Both the position numbers and the translations under genes were made by a program. From the NCBI RefSeq assembly GCF_001194135.2, contig NC_068993.1, positions 3,031,243 to 3,095,242 on the forward strand: a stretch of 64,000 bases of DNA, in the 5' to 3' direction. The notes under the pieces were generated by a model. The model worked only from the letters and a program-made list of their open reading frames with translations, did no database searches and was not told where the DNA came from. The number at the start of each line of letters is the position of its first letter. Positions within the stretch are counted from its first letter, which is position 1. The stretch is from Octopus bimaculoides. Its lineage: Eukaryota. This document shows, one piece after another, positions 1-12,069 of this stretch.

Positions 1-135
1 TGTTTTATTTTAGCCCTGAGTCAGCTTTGATTGAGCAGGTCTGTGCTCAACAATATCAGTTATGAAATTTCCACTTGAATCATTTCTGGTCTTTTCTCAG
101 GCATAGTCAAAGACAGCAGTTTGCAATTTAAAAGG
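1..135 (-). repeat. Fragment of an interspersed repeat family whose tail ends in (AAC)n
   Basis: Reverse complement resembles the '...GACC(T/C)AGGG(T/C)TAAACAACAAC' tail seen at 2994-3070, 29560-29765 and 33085-33185. Confidence 0.4.
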
Positions 136-639
136 GGGATTTAGCTGCTATTTATTGCATAATAAGCAACATTTGTAATGGTGCCAAGCTGGCAGCAGCA
201 GTAGTAGAGTTAATAGTGGTGGATGTAGCCATGGTTGTGGCACTGACGGTAGTGATGATGGAACTGGTGGTGGTGGTGGTGGTAGTCTTCGTGGTGGCGG
301 TGGGGCATTGAATGTCGGTAGATGACCTGTCAAAAGAGATGCAATTATATTGTAAGCAATACGCTTCCATTAATGAATCACAGAAAAAGATTTGATAGAA
401 CTTCCCCCCCACCGACATCAAAAAAAGCACACACACACATACATACATATCCACATATACATGCATGTATCTATACACACACACACACACATGAAAGAGA
501 GAGGGGGGAAGAGGGTTGAGGAGGTGGATAGAGAATTAAAGGTTTCGTAATAGAAAGGTAGTCACATAATTAAATAAAAATAAAAGTGATGAAAGGAAAA
601 GACTTGGTTTACTTCTTGAATGATGTCTAAGTGAATGAA

Positions 640-779
640 TTACTGCAACTTAACAATATATATATACACACACATATACACTTATACATACATGCACATA
701 TATATATACATATATACATATATATATCACATAAATATATATGCATATATATATACATATATGTACATATATATGTATA

Positions 780-842
<63 letters not shown>
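640..842. repeat. (TA)n/(CA)n compound microsatellite
   Basis: Directly visible; source of the spurious YIYI ORFs. Confidence 0.95.
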
Positions 843-843
<1 letters not shown>

Positions 844-1344
844 TATATGGGTATAGGGCATCACAAAATGTAAGCAACATGAAATACGAAAACAAGGTTG
901 GGTATGCAAACGAGAGAAACAAATGGAAAACAAGACAAGTAACATAAAGAACGACCCTTCATCAGTTGTCGGCTGTCCATCTATTCCTCATATCGAGCAC
1001 TGAACGACAATATGAGACTTTGAAAGGCCTTGTATGGTCTAACGACCCTCCATGTTTGTTTTCATTCGATCTCCTCATATGTCCCCACTGTCCTGTTTTT
1101 GTTACCAACTCTGACCCTTTGCAATATCCAAAATTTTATTTTGTTTTTGCGGGAGCAAAAAGTCTCATATTGTCATTCAGTGCTCGAAATGAGGAATAAA
1201 TGGACAGCTGACAACTGATGAAGGGTCGTTCTTTATGTTACTTGTCTTATTTTCCATTTGTTTCTCCTGTTTGCCTACCCAAACTTGTTCTTGTAATTCA
1301 TGTTGTTTATGTTTTGTGATGTCCTGTACTCATATATGCATATA
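836..1344. repeat. Inverted duplication of an interspersed repeat: longer copy ~1025-1344 plus an inverted partial copy ~836-1022
   Basis: 836-1022 is the near-identical reverse complement of 1158-1344 (e.g. ATAAAGAACGACCCTTCATCAGTTGTC / GACAACTGATGAAGGGTCGTTCTTTAT). The spacer is part of the same family because 31410-31720 contains both arm and spacer sequence. Confidence 0.9.
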
Positions 1345-1554
1345 TATACATATGTATGTACATATATGTATGTATATACCCGTCTCCATATATTTCTTTC
1401 TCTCTCTCTCTTTTTCTCTCTCCTTCTTTCTCTCTCTCTATTTAATATATAGATATATAAGTATATATGACATACATGTGTGTGTGTATGTGTGTGTATA
1501 TATCCGTCTATATTTTTTCTTTCTCTCTTTATGTATGTATGTATGTATATATAT

Positions 1555-1663
1555 NNNNNNNNNNNNNNNNNNNNNNNNNNNNNNNNNNNNNNNNNNNNNN
1601 NNNNNNNNNNNNNNNNNNNNNNNNNNNNNNNNNNNNNNNNNNNNNNNNNNNNNNNNNNNNNNN
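1555..1663. other. Assembly gap (N run)
   Basis: N bases. Confidence 1.
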
Positions 1664-1841
1664 NTATATATAGGAATGAAGCAGGTATTATTGTATATAA
1701 ATTTGAATGAAATACATAAACATTTGTATCTGTGTACAAATGTGCATACATATATATATATACATACACACACACACACACACACATATATATCCATGTA
1801 TGTATATATGTTCACACACACACATATGCATACACTGTGAG

Positions 1842-1888
<47 letters not shown>

Positions 1889-2267
1889 GAGGGCAAGGAA
1901 GAGAAAGAGGAGAATGCTAGGCAAATGGTTGTAGAATTTGTCTGACACAAAGGAATGGTTGTATTAATAAGGAACTGTTGAATGTGTCAGCTTGAGATTC
2001 AGTGAATTAGAGAAATATAGAATTTGGTTTGATAGAAATTTCGGTCACAGCTAAATTGTTATACATCAGAGAACAAATAAATGTGGTGTTTATGTTCTGT
2101 AGGGATCAGGGCTGCTGTTTGGAGATTCCAACTGAGAACTGCATTCATATAACTCTACTTGCTTAATTCCAAGAATGAAAGCCAAATATATGAATAACAA
2201 TGAAGTAGGCAGGCAGAGAGATAGGTAGGCAGGCAGATTGGTAGGCAGGTAGGTAGATAGGTAGGTA

Positions 2268-2393
2268 GGTGCTGGTGCCATGTAAAAAGCACCCAGTACA
2301 TTCTGTTAAGGGGTTGGAATAAAGAAGGGCATCCAAGTGTAGAAAACCTATGCCGGATTCGAATAAGACATTAAATGAGGATTGTGATGATGA
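2268..2393 (+). mobile_element. Retroelement 3' tail fragment (RTE-LINE-associated tail family)
   Basis: GGTGCCATGTAAAAAGCACC...GAAGGGCATCCA...ATTAAATGA(GAT)n motifs shared with 5040-5320, 19425-19610, 25005-25370 and with the sequence next to the RTE ORF2 fragment at 34.1-34.6 kb. Confidence 0.65.
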
Positions 2394-2785
2394 TGGCTGT
2401 GTGGTAAGAAGCTTGCTTCCCAACCACACGGTTCTGGGTTCAGTACCACTGTGTGCCACCTTGGGCAAGTGTCTTCTGCTATAGCCTCAGGCTGACCAAA
2501 GCCATGTGAGTGGATTTGGTAAATGGAAACTTAAAGAAGCCCATCGTATATATATATATGTATGTATGCATGTATATATTTGTGTCTGTGTCCCCCACCA
2601 CCACCATCGCTTGACAACCGCTTGCGTCCCTGTAACTTAGCGGTTTGGCAAAAAAAAAGGGCCATAGAATAAGTACTAGACTTACAAACAATAAGTTCTG
2701 GGGGTCGATTTGTTCGAGTAAAGGCGGTGCTCCAGCATGGCCACAGTCAATTGACTGAAACAGGTAAAAAAATTCTAAAAGAATT
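2394..2785 (+). mobile_element. tRNA-derived SINE, family A (octopus OR/CORE-like), near full length
   Basis: A-box TGGCTGTGTGG, B-box-like GGTTCAGTACC, CORE-like ACCTTGGGCAAGTG, internal microsatellite, tail GCGGTGCTCCAGCATGGCCACAGTC...TGACTGAAACAGGTAAAA; homologous copies elsewhere in the window. Confidence 0.85.
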
Positions 2786-2993
2786 CATATATATATATGT
2801 TTATGTATAAATATATAGACATATATATATATGTGTGTGTGTGTATTTACACATAAGTGTATGTGTATGAGCCTAGAATGTAGATATCTACATGTTAGCA
2901 CCACAAGATAGAAATAACACACTGTACTCTCCTTAAAAAAAGAAAGTAAGAACACATTAGACATTTAGTTCTAGATATAAAAGCAAAAAAATA

Positions 2994-3070
2994 CTGGATA
3001 TAACTAGTGGAATGTCTTTGATCATGCGACTGTTGAACAAGGTTTGACCTAGGGTTAAACAACAACAACA
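2994..3070 (+). repeat. (AAC)n-tailed repeat family fragment
   Basis: GGAATGTCTTTGATCAT...GACCTAGGGTTAAACAACAACAAC, similar to 29560-29765. Confidence 0.45.
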
Positions 3071-3408
3071 TTTTATGTGATGGTTGTTCTCTTGTTCTCT
3101 CTCTCTCTCTTTGTATTCTATATAACAACCCACGACATTGCTATCAATACAGACATTAACAAGCTGTCGGTTGTAGAGAGTTGTTTGAGTCAGGTCAAAA
3201 TTCCACCTTACTCCCTTGTAATGTTCATATTTATAAAATTTGTGGAACTACAGGTGATGCCATGTCGACATTTATGGAGGAATCTTGCGAAAGACAGCAG
3301 CCATGACATGAAATAAAATTTATAAAAGCAAATTGTTTACAGCTTTTCAAATCTACGCATTTACACAGAAACAAACAGAGGTGCATGCACACATAAATAC
3401 AAACATAC

Positions 3409-3465
<57 letters not shown>

Positions 3466-3468
3466 TAG

Positions 3469-3616
3469 TATATATTTGTATGTATAGTTTATATATAAAT
3501 GTGTATATCATCATCATCATCATCGTTTAATGCTAGCATGGAAAGCAGACGTTAAACGATGATGATGATGATGATGATATACACATTTATATATAAGCTA
3601 TACATACAAATATATA
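3469..3616. repeat. Near-perfect palindrome (62/65-bp arms, 21-bp spacer)
   Basis: 3469-3530 TATATATTTGTATGTATAGTTTATATATAAATGTGTATATCATC..ATCGTTTAA is the reverse complement of 3552-3616 apart from one substitution and one extra ATC unit. Confidence 0.95.
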
Positions 3617-3789
3617 TATATATATGTACACACATTTATATATAATCTTATATATACATATATATAATTATTTCTAAAATGTACATAAACATAACAAGGA
3701 AAATGTGCATATGCACACAAGAAGCATAAATATGTGTATATGCATATGTGTGTATGTAACATGCATATATAGAAATGCTCATAATTTTG

Positions 3790-3836
<47 letters not shown>

Positions 3837-4168
3837 TTATACATATGTACATATATGTATGTGTGTATATATATATGTATATATATTCATAAATATATAT
3901 AAATATCTGTGTATATGTTTATATATATCTATATATATATATATATATATGCGCATATATATTCATAAATATATATAAATATATATCTGTGTATATGTTT
4001 ATATATTTATATGCATATATACACACACAAACACGCACACACTCATACAGAGCACTGACAGACACATGGTTCCTGTTACAAGTGTGAAACTACAGCAAAT
4101 ACACACGCACACAGAGGAATGAGATAAGCTTGGTTCTATCTGCGGAAATTAGAGTTTGATAACATAAG

Positions 4169-4217
<49 letters not shown>

Positions 4218-5039
4218 CAGTTATCGTCACAGTGATTATTATTATTGCCTTTATCATTGTCATCTTTATCACCTTTTATATCGTCAACACTTCCACGTGG
4301 TTGTTGACATTGATGTCACCATCAATGTCAACAACGCCAACATCATAAACATCAGCATTATCTTTGCAATCAAAACATTATCACCGTTTCCCATCTTTAT
4401 TGCCGCCATCCTCACCACCATTGACTTATATTAAAACTTTCATCATCATAATCATTATCATTGTCAGCAGAATACCAACTCCCACCACCACCACTACCAC
4501 CGCTGCTGCCACCACCACCACCACCACCATCACTAGTAGCAATCTAAACATTGTTTGGTAAGGAAATTCTATGATTGTCTTATATACCAAAGAATAAATT
4601 GCCTGAGAATATCATTGTCATCCTTGTCATCATCGCTATTATTATCACAACCATCTCAGTCATCAGCAGCAGCACCATCGCCACCGTTGTCATCATCATC
4701 ATCGCCACCACCATCATCATCATCATCCTCATCACTATTGTTGACTGTTATAGATGTCTTTGAGATGAATCAGGGCATGACAATTTCAAGCCCCTACTCC
4801 CCACCACCACCACCCCACTGACCATTTCTCAGAGTAATTGCAAACTTATACTACGGTAATAGGTGAAACGTAGAATTTGTTTTGGTAAGACGTTGGTTTG
4901 TTATTTGAAAATTTGAGCAAAGCTGGGACAAACTGGCTCAAACTGGATAATCACACGATTATATTTCATGGAATCCAATGACTCCTGTGGAATCATTACG
5001 TATATAAATGGCTTCATCATCATCGTTATCATCACCACC

Positions 5040-5320
5040 ATCATCATCATCATCATTTAAATCTGTTTTCCATGCTGGCATGGCTTGGATGGTTTCAAAA
5101 GCTTGCTGGGCTTGCTGGGGAGCTGCACCAGGTGCCACTGTCTGTTTTGCCATGGTTCCTGTGGCTGAATGCCCTTCCTAAAGCCAACCATTTTACAGAG
5201 TGTGGACTGGGTGATTTTTACATGGGACCAGCACAGGTGTTGTATACATAGCACTAGCACAGGTACTTTTAACCTGATGCTGGCACAGGTGCGCTTGTGA
5301 GATCAACTTAACCTACATTT
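5040..5320 (-). mobile_element. Retroelement 3' tail (RTE-associated family)
   Basis: (ATC)n followed by TTTCCATGCTGGCATGG...ATGCCCTTCCTAAAGCCAACCA...GGCACAGGTGC, the reverse complement of the tail at 25005-25370. Confidence 0.65.
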
Positions 5321-5459
5321 TTCTTTTTCACCTTTAGCCCAAAGACTGATGAAATTGGTTACCCTGTTTCCATAGCATTGAAGTGACCAAAGTCACAACA
5401 GTCCCCCCTGAAGTGGACACCAATCCATCACAGGACTCAAGATGAACAAGTTTTGAAGA

Positions 5460-5620
5460 GAGAGGACAAGCCAATTGCATCAACTTCTGTACTTCACTGG
5501 TACTTTATTTTATTGATTCTGAAAAGATGAAAGGCAAAGTTGAACCACAGCAGGATTTGAACTTAGAACATAGAGAGCCAGAGGAAATTCTCTCAACTCA
5601 CCACCGAAGCTGCATCTGAT
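5460..5620 (-). mobile_element. SINE family B fragment
   Basis: ACTGGTACTTTATTTTATTGA...GATGAAAGGCAAAGTTGA...GATTTGAACTTAGAAC, reverse complement of the family B body (cf. 39168-39300, 49768-49980). Confidence 0.6.
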
Positions 5621-5878
5621 GGTATTTTAAACAACTTTACAGAGAAGTTGAGGTTCTTTGTAGGCACTTGGCAGGGTTCTCCTTTTAGCCCCATCCTCTT
5701 CGCTCTGTTTTCTAAAGCCTTAATTCAAATATTCAGATTTGGTTGTCTTCGGGGCTCTTTTATATGTTAATGGCTTGATTCTCCTACAAGAGTTTGTCAG
5801 AACTCCAATACATTTTGCCGAACCTGTCAATGAAGAAATTGCACACTCTCTCTCTCTTTCTCTCTCTTTCTCTCTCTT

Positions 5879-5933
<55 letters not shown>

Positions 5934-6799
5934 CGGTCTATCTGTTTGTCTATCTATGTCTAAATGCACATTATACATTTAATATGAACATACATGTACA
6001 CACTTGCACATACATATTTAATTACACACACATGCGCACGCAGATGTTGTCTTATGACCCCTTGAAACCTATCGAAGTGTCCAACTCAAGCCACCATTGA
6101 AAAGGGTTATAAAATGGTAAAAGAAAGACGATTATAGATATGATATATCGAAGTAGTGTACAGCTCTAATATCTGCTACTGTGCAAGTGTGTGCATGATT
6201 GCCCATACAAAAATGTGTTTGTGTATATAAATATTGTAGCGTGTATATATTTATATATCATGATAACATTTGAAGTGTATCTTCAAAGTGTGTATTTTCT
6301 GCATCATTTGCTCCCTATATATACAACCAAGATCATAGAATAATATCAAGGTTTCTTGGTTTTAAGTTTTACTTAATGTTTTTGAATTTTATCTTAAACC
6401 CTTCCTCTCGTCAATAATTATATTTTTAAATTAATATCTTGCTAAGAATGCATAGGAGCATATATTTGCTTATTGTAAGTCACACCTACATTCATATAAG
6501 ATTTTCTATGTGCACATGCATATATATATATATATGCTTGCAGTGTGTTGTGACACACATGTACTCACACATATGCTCATAATTCATTTATCTGTACGAA
6601 TAACACGTGTGAGAGAAAGAATTAAGAGAAACGGATTGAAAGAGAAGGATATAAAGATTATGAATAACTTTTTAAGGTGGATTTATATTACCTATTGGTT
6701 TCAATATAATAGCAAGAACATGTTTGTCATCTGCAGAAGTTATTGAATGGAGCCAACATGGACAAGCACACACATATTTACACATATATATTGTTACTG

Positions 6800-7035
6800 G
6801 TTTAGCATGCACTTGTCCATGCTTTCATAGACCAAACAGAATTTATTGATGTAGATTTTCTATTGCATGTTCCCCTTCCTGTTGCCAACGATCACCTGTT
6901 TCCAAGCAAGGTAATATATCCCTATGACTTGACATGTTTTCAGGGCAGATTGGTATTGAAGGATGAAGGACATTGCTTATGATAATGACTCTAATTTATA
7001 AACATCATGTGATGTCAAGACAAAAAGACAAATAT
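6800..7035 (-). mobile_element. Degenerate SINE tail fragment
   Basis: CCCTTCCTGTTGCCAAC..CACCTGTTTCCAAGCAAGGTAATAT is the reverse complement of the tail in 38400-38755 and 53222-53640. Confidence 0.5.
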
Positions 7036-7147
7036 GAAAATTATAATAAAAAGTATTAAAAAAATACTTTGCACTCTGCATCTGTGTATAAAGTGATGTA
7101 TTTGCATTTATGAGTCAATGTGAGAAACATTATTATTATTATTATTA

Positions 7148-7486
7148 TTTGCCAGGGCAGCACAGCAGACTGACAGAATAGTTACCATGCTGAACAAATT
7201 GCTTAGCAGCATTTCTTTCAGCTTCACATGCTGTGTTCAAATGGTTTTCAGATTGACTTTGTCTTTCGGAGTTGATAAAATAAATGACAGTTGAGTGCCG
7301 AGTGGGCACATCTGTGATACATCTCTCCAGCTTCCTGGGCATACTGCATGTTTCTAAACTATTATTAACTGAAGAAGAACTTTGAAGGTTATTTGAGGAA
7401 GGATTCTCCATGAAAGACCTCAGAGTAGAGGAATTAAAACTAACTCTGATAAAGTTTTGGTTCTGCTTTTGCTCCTGAGTCTCACA
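7148..7486 (-). other. Non-repetitive open frame of ~112 codons; possible exon, unassigned
   Basis: Stop-free frame CETQEQKQNQNFIRVSFNSSTLRSFMENPSS...AAKQFVQHG with a possible donor ATG|GTAACT near 7186; no recognisable homology. Confidence 0.2.
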
Positions 7487-7948
7487 TCACAATAAAATTT
7501 ATAATTTGTCTGCAGAAATGCCGGGATGAATCAATGACAATACTGAGCAATCCTCTCTAAACCATAAAACATGAGTGATTACTGGTATCCATCTATAAAA
7601 GCAACATCAACAATTTATTCATATACAGAACACTCACTGAAAGTAATAGAACAAAATGAATATCAGAATTACAATAGATAACCATAGAAATCAACGTCCA
7701 TGATAAGCTGAAATGGCTAACTGAGAAATGAAGTTTTTTCATAAATAAAACAAACCAAAAAACAACTTTGAAAAATTTCTTAAATGTTGGCATATTAAAC
7801 CCAAGGACATGTATAATGTAAGATATAAGTATTTAGATTTTGATGTTCAAAAGGTAATTGAATATAAGGTAAGACATAGAAATAGAGAGTGATAGAGTAA
7901 TAAGACTGCGAGAAAAAATATAGGTATAAATAGAAAAAGGTAACAAGA

Positions 7949-7981
<33 letters not shown>

Positions 7982-8137
7982 TGTGTGAGAGAGAGAGAGA
8001 GAGAGAGAGAATATATAATAAGAGGATAAAGAAATATGATCAGGAGCTAGAGGGGAGGGGGGGCTGAGAAAGAGGAACAGGAAGAGAGAGCAAAAAGTAT
8101 TTTATGTCATATTTTTTGATTTTAGTACATTTCATGT

Positions 8138-8415
8138 NNNNNNNNNNNNNNNNNNNNNNNNNNNNNNNNNNNNNNNNNNNNNNNNNNNNNNNNNNNNNNN
8201 NNNNNNNNNNNNNNNNNNNNNNNNNNNNNNNNNNNNNNNNNNNNNNNNNNNNNNNNNNNNNNNNNNNNNNNNNNNNNNNNNNNNNNNNNNNNNNNNNNNN
8301 NNNNNNNNNNNNNNNNNNNNNNNNNNNNNNNNNNNNNNNNNNNNNNNNNNNNNNNNNNNNNNNNNNNNNNNNNNNNNNNNNNNNNNNNNNNNNNNNNNNN
8401 NNNNNNNNNNNNNNN
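8138..8415. other. Assembly gap (N run)
   Basis: N bases. Confidence 1.
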
Positions 8416-8453
<38 letters not shown>

Positions 8454-8798
8454 TATATATATATTACCAGTCTAGGGAGAACAGCTGATCATATTTAAAT
8501 AAAGTAAAGTGATATGATGTACAATATTCAAATAGAAAACGAGATTCCAGTTCCTTTTCTTATATTGATATAAAGAGAGGTCAGTTTATCAATAGTATGC
8601 AGTTCTCATGTGAAATATCTTTGAACATTTAGTTAATATTCAGTCTTTGATATAAAAATGCGGGTCAGGAATGAGAAACTAAATATCTGTTTGATATATA
8701 TAATACTTCAATAAACTTCCAAAAACGATTGAAGAATTTCAAAGTAATTTTGGTTATAATATTGCAGTATATTCAGCCTATAGGAATGCAATGAAATT

Positions 8799-9640
8799 TC
8801 AAAGAATGTACTTGTTTTGATGGTGACCTCCTGAAGTAAGTTCGTTTCTAAAATACAAGTAAAGAAGAGACATCAATACAGAGAATTTTTCACAGGTGCA
8901 GAAGTAGCATGATCCAGATTTTCCAGAATATGGTTTTGTAAATTAGACCACTGACCTTTGTATCTTAAAGATTGTGATAATTTCATCTTTTATTTTCCTG
9001 ATCTTTCATGAAAGAGAGGTGGTGAACCTTTACTCCAATGCACAAAAGAGCAAGTGTGTTGTGTGTATCTTTTCTTAAAGGTATACTTCGTTGATCCTTT
9101 TATACGAATATTATACTGCTGTCAGATTCACATTAACGTCATATACCTTTTATTTGCTGGAACATTTGTCATGAAGTGGATGTTAATTAATGCTGGCACA
9201 GTGGCATTGGACTGATTATTTTACTGAAGGTCGTTCTTGGTTTTGAAGTCTCTTAAAGCCAGAAATCATATTTCAAAACTTTCTCGTAGAACTGTATCTG
9301 AAATTCAAGTAGTTATTATGATTTTGTGATATATTGATGACACATTCAAAAATACTTCTATATGAGATTTATGAAAGTTCCTTTGGTTTAGGATACTCCA
9401 TCTAGGGTAAATGGTGCCTTTGTAGGGGCTGTTGCTACATATGTGTGATGTTTTATGTCTTTGGTTATACACAATGGGGTATATTTTTTTGTACAATCAC
9501 TCTCTTTTAAGCTGTGATTGTCATAAAGTAATGCATGATTAAAAGTTTCTTCATCAGATTAAATATTAGAAACGCAGCTTCTAATCTAATTTACAAAATT
9601 CTTCATGATTACAACAAGCTGACTGAAGGAATGATTAATA
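8799..9640 (-). mobile_element. Penelope-like element remnant (RT thumb/linker and GIY-YIG endonuclease C-terminal region), pseudogenised
   Basis: Frame-shifted translation VSNI*SDEETFNHALLYDNHSLKES...KGTFINLI*KYF...KGSTKYTFKKRYTQHTCSF...IRKIKD...TKPYSGKSGSCYFCTCEKFSVL...NELTSGGHHQNKYIL* follows the PLE pattern (G.T..TFK.RY..H..SF / KPY....C.LC..EK / ELISKCRH.NK..L). Confidence 0.85.
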
Positions 9641-9642
9641 CA

Positions 9643-9860
9643 CAGTAATCATTTGCCATATTGCGGTTCACCTATCATGCCGTCATTATAGTAATCACTT
9701 GCCATATCATGGTTCACCTATCATGCACTCAGTACATCGCAGATTTTTCTGGCTAATATATGTAAATTTATATCATGGACCCCTTAGTACATCACGGGTT
9801 TCTGTGGCTGATAGGTATTTATATCTTTTAGATTTTAATTATTTCTGTGGTAAAATAAGC
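9643..9860. mobile_element. pogo/Tigger-like (Tc1/mariner) terminal fragment with a duplicated end
   Basis: CAGTAATCATTTGCCATATTGCGGTTCACCTATCATGC (9643-9680) is repeated at 9689-9727 and resembles pogo/Tigger termini (CAGTAATCCCTCG..ATCGCGG); no opposite end found. Confidence 0.45.
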
Positions 9861-10251
9861 ATTTTCACACTTAAAAATTAATAAAAATACTTAAAAGTCC
9901 AAAGACAGAAAAGAAATCACCAATGGTACGCATATACATACATATGTACATCCATACATAAATATGTTATTTTACGTACAACTAAACTGCTATAAGGTGC
10001 CATATATATTTGCAATGCATTTTCACAGATTTTGCACACAAAATAACACCACATCTAAAGCGCTCTTCTAGAATGGTGTTTCTTAATTAGGTTAAACAAA
10101 TATTCCAAATTATCATAAATCTTTCACTTTAACAAAAATGAATCCGGCAGCGTACATTTGCAGATTATTGTACAAGCGTGTTGAATATTTTGCTAGTTAG
10201 GTGTTTATAGTTATGATGTAGCTGTGGAGATATATATGTGTGAGCATGTGC

Positions 10252-10287
<36 letters not shown>

Positions 10288-10689
10288 GTATTTACAGGTC
10301 CCTAAAGCAAATTACCAGTTAAGTATTAAAACTTCCCCTAGAATTAGAACAAAATATTAGAAAATATCTGAAAGTAAAATTTTTAAACAAAAAGATAGGA
10401 AATATTTCATGTTATTATCTATTGACTAAGAATTTAATCTTAAATTTCCCAAATGGAATTTCATAAAGAATTATCCTATTTCTTATATTTTGCCTCATTC
10501 CATCAGAATTCTCTGATTGCCATTTCGTAATACAAAAACATACAAAATACATATACAATGAAAGAACTTCTTATCCCAGAAGTCCTTCTTGTTTAAGTGT
10601 TGACAATAGTTCTCGTATTTTGCAAGCAAAACAAGGACATATGAAGGAATGAACTAACAGATAAATTTTAGTAAAGAATCCTTGAATAG

Positions 10690-11760
10690 CATAAATACTA
10701 CATTTATCACCCAAGTGCATTGCAACCCTCATTGCTATTTCAAAGTAGGCTTTTCAGAGATAACTGGTTTGGACGGGTTGGACAGGCTGGCCACACTGTA
10801 TATTTCCTATTGTTGTCACAATCTTTGAGATTCTCTTTCACGGATCCACTCTACCAGCAGCACATATCATTTATTCACCCCCCACCCCATCCAACATTCA
10901 ACTGCACGATATATTAATACCAGAACATTTGTTAGTCGTGCACATAGCAGATCATAGCTTTGGCATCTGGTCACCATCTTCCAATGCTAATGAATATGTA
11001 GAAGAAAGGAAGAAAGAAAGGCTAGTAACCTGGATATATCGAAAGCATTGGAATGTCTTGGACTATTTATAAGTAGGCAACAGGCTGCATACCTTGTAGT
11101 GTATTTTTTTTCTTTGAGAAGTAATTATAGACCACCAAATGCTTTGATTGCAGGTAACCTCCAAAATAGTTATCAGTCAGAACAAAATCAAGTCTTTTAC
11201 TAAGTCTGCTGGCCACATGGAAATTGGTGGTAGGAATGGAAAGGTGACCCTAAAAGAAGATGTAGCAGAGGTTCTGGAATCGTAGAAAACATAGCACAAA
11301 ACCTAGTAATTATTACTGCAAGACAATAATTGTTTCATATCACAGATTTCAACATAGCTAAAGCTCTTCCCGACAAACAAAAGCCATCAAGAATGGTTAA
11401 ATTATAAAGATGCTATTCTTACTTCAACTGTGAAAGCAAAGCAGCCAAAGTTGGTAGGAATGTCTCTGGACTGCCAACGCTCAATCAAAGACTTGTATTC
11501 AGAACACCAAAAAGGTGGCAGTAAGTATAGAGTCATAAGATAAAGATGTTTGTTGAGAGACACCTTCAAACCTCAACTGATTTTAACAACAGGTTTAGCT
11601 ACTATGAAAATGTATTTGTCATTTTTGAGCTAAACATAATATTGCTTTCGGTGCAGATATCTTAGTTTCTGTGCAACAAGCAGTGTTGCATGTTTTCAAC
11701 AAATTTTCGATAATCTTATTTGTAAAAACTTGCCTGCTTAGATGACGTCACCTTATGCAA
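10690..11760 (+). mobile_element. Highly decayed non-LTR (CR1/L2/Jockey-like) reverse transcriptase remnant
   Basis: LDISKALECL at 11030-11059 (cf. RT motif LDISKAFD.V), preceded by DHSFG and followed by weaker matches in the expected order (EWL...K.K, then LG.L.R-like); many stops and frameshifts. Confidence 0.5.
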
Positions 11761-12069
11761 TGTTACCAATGAAGAATATAACAAATATACATTTAAATTC
11801 TTGAAACTTATTTGTAAATGTAACATAACACTGAATTATGATAGATGTAAATTTTCAACTCAGTTTATTTGCAATATTGGTTATCAAATTACTCCCAACA
11901 AATTTAATTCCTCTCCTTCTCACAGTTAACTCTATTTAAAGAATGCTTGTTGCTACTAATAAACAAGCTTTACTTTATATAACAGGTCTGATCAATTATT
12001 ATTTCTAATTATATGCTAATCAAAGAAAGACACAATGGGTAAAAGAAAAGTAGGTTAAATGAATATGGT

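Noticed and set aside
1180-1235. GAAA...CTGATGAAGGG in the 836-1344 family as a possible hammerhead
   Set aside because: I could not build stems I and III around the core; only a 4-bp wobble-rich stem II is possible.
11333-11400. FHITDFNIAKALP resembles the HITDFNIA motif of STK32/YANK kinases
   Set aside because: No other kinase motifs nearby, the frame is closed by stops on both sides, and it lies inside the decayed LINE RT remnant; probably chance.
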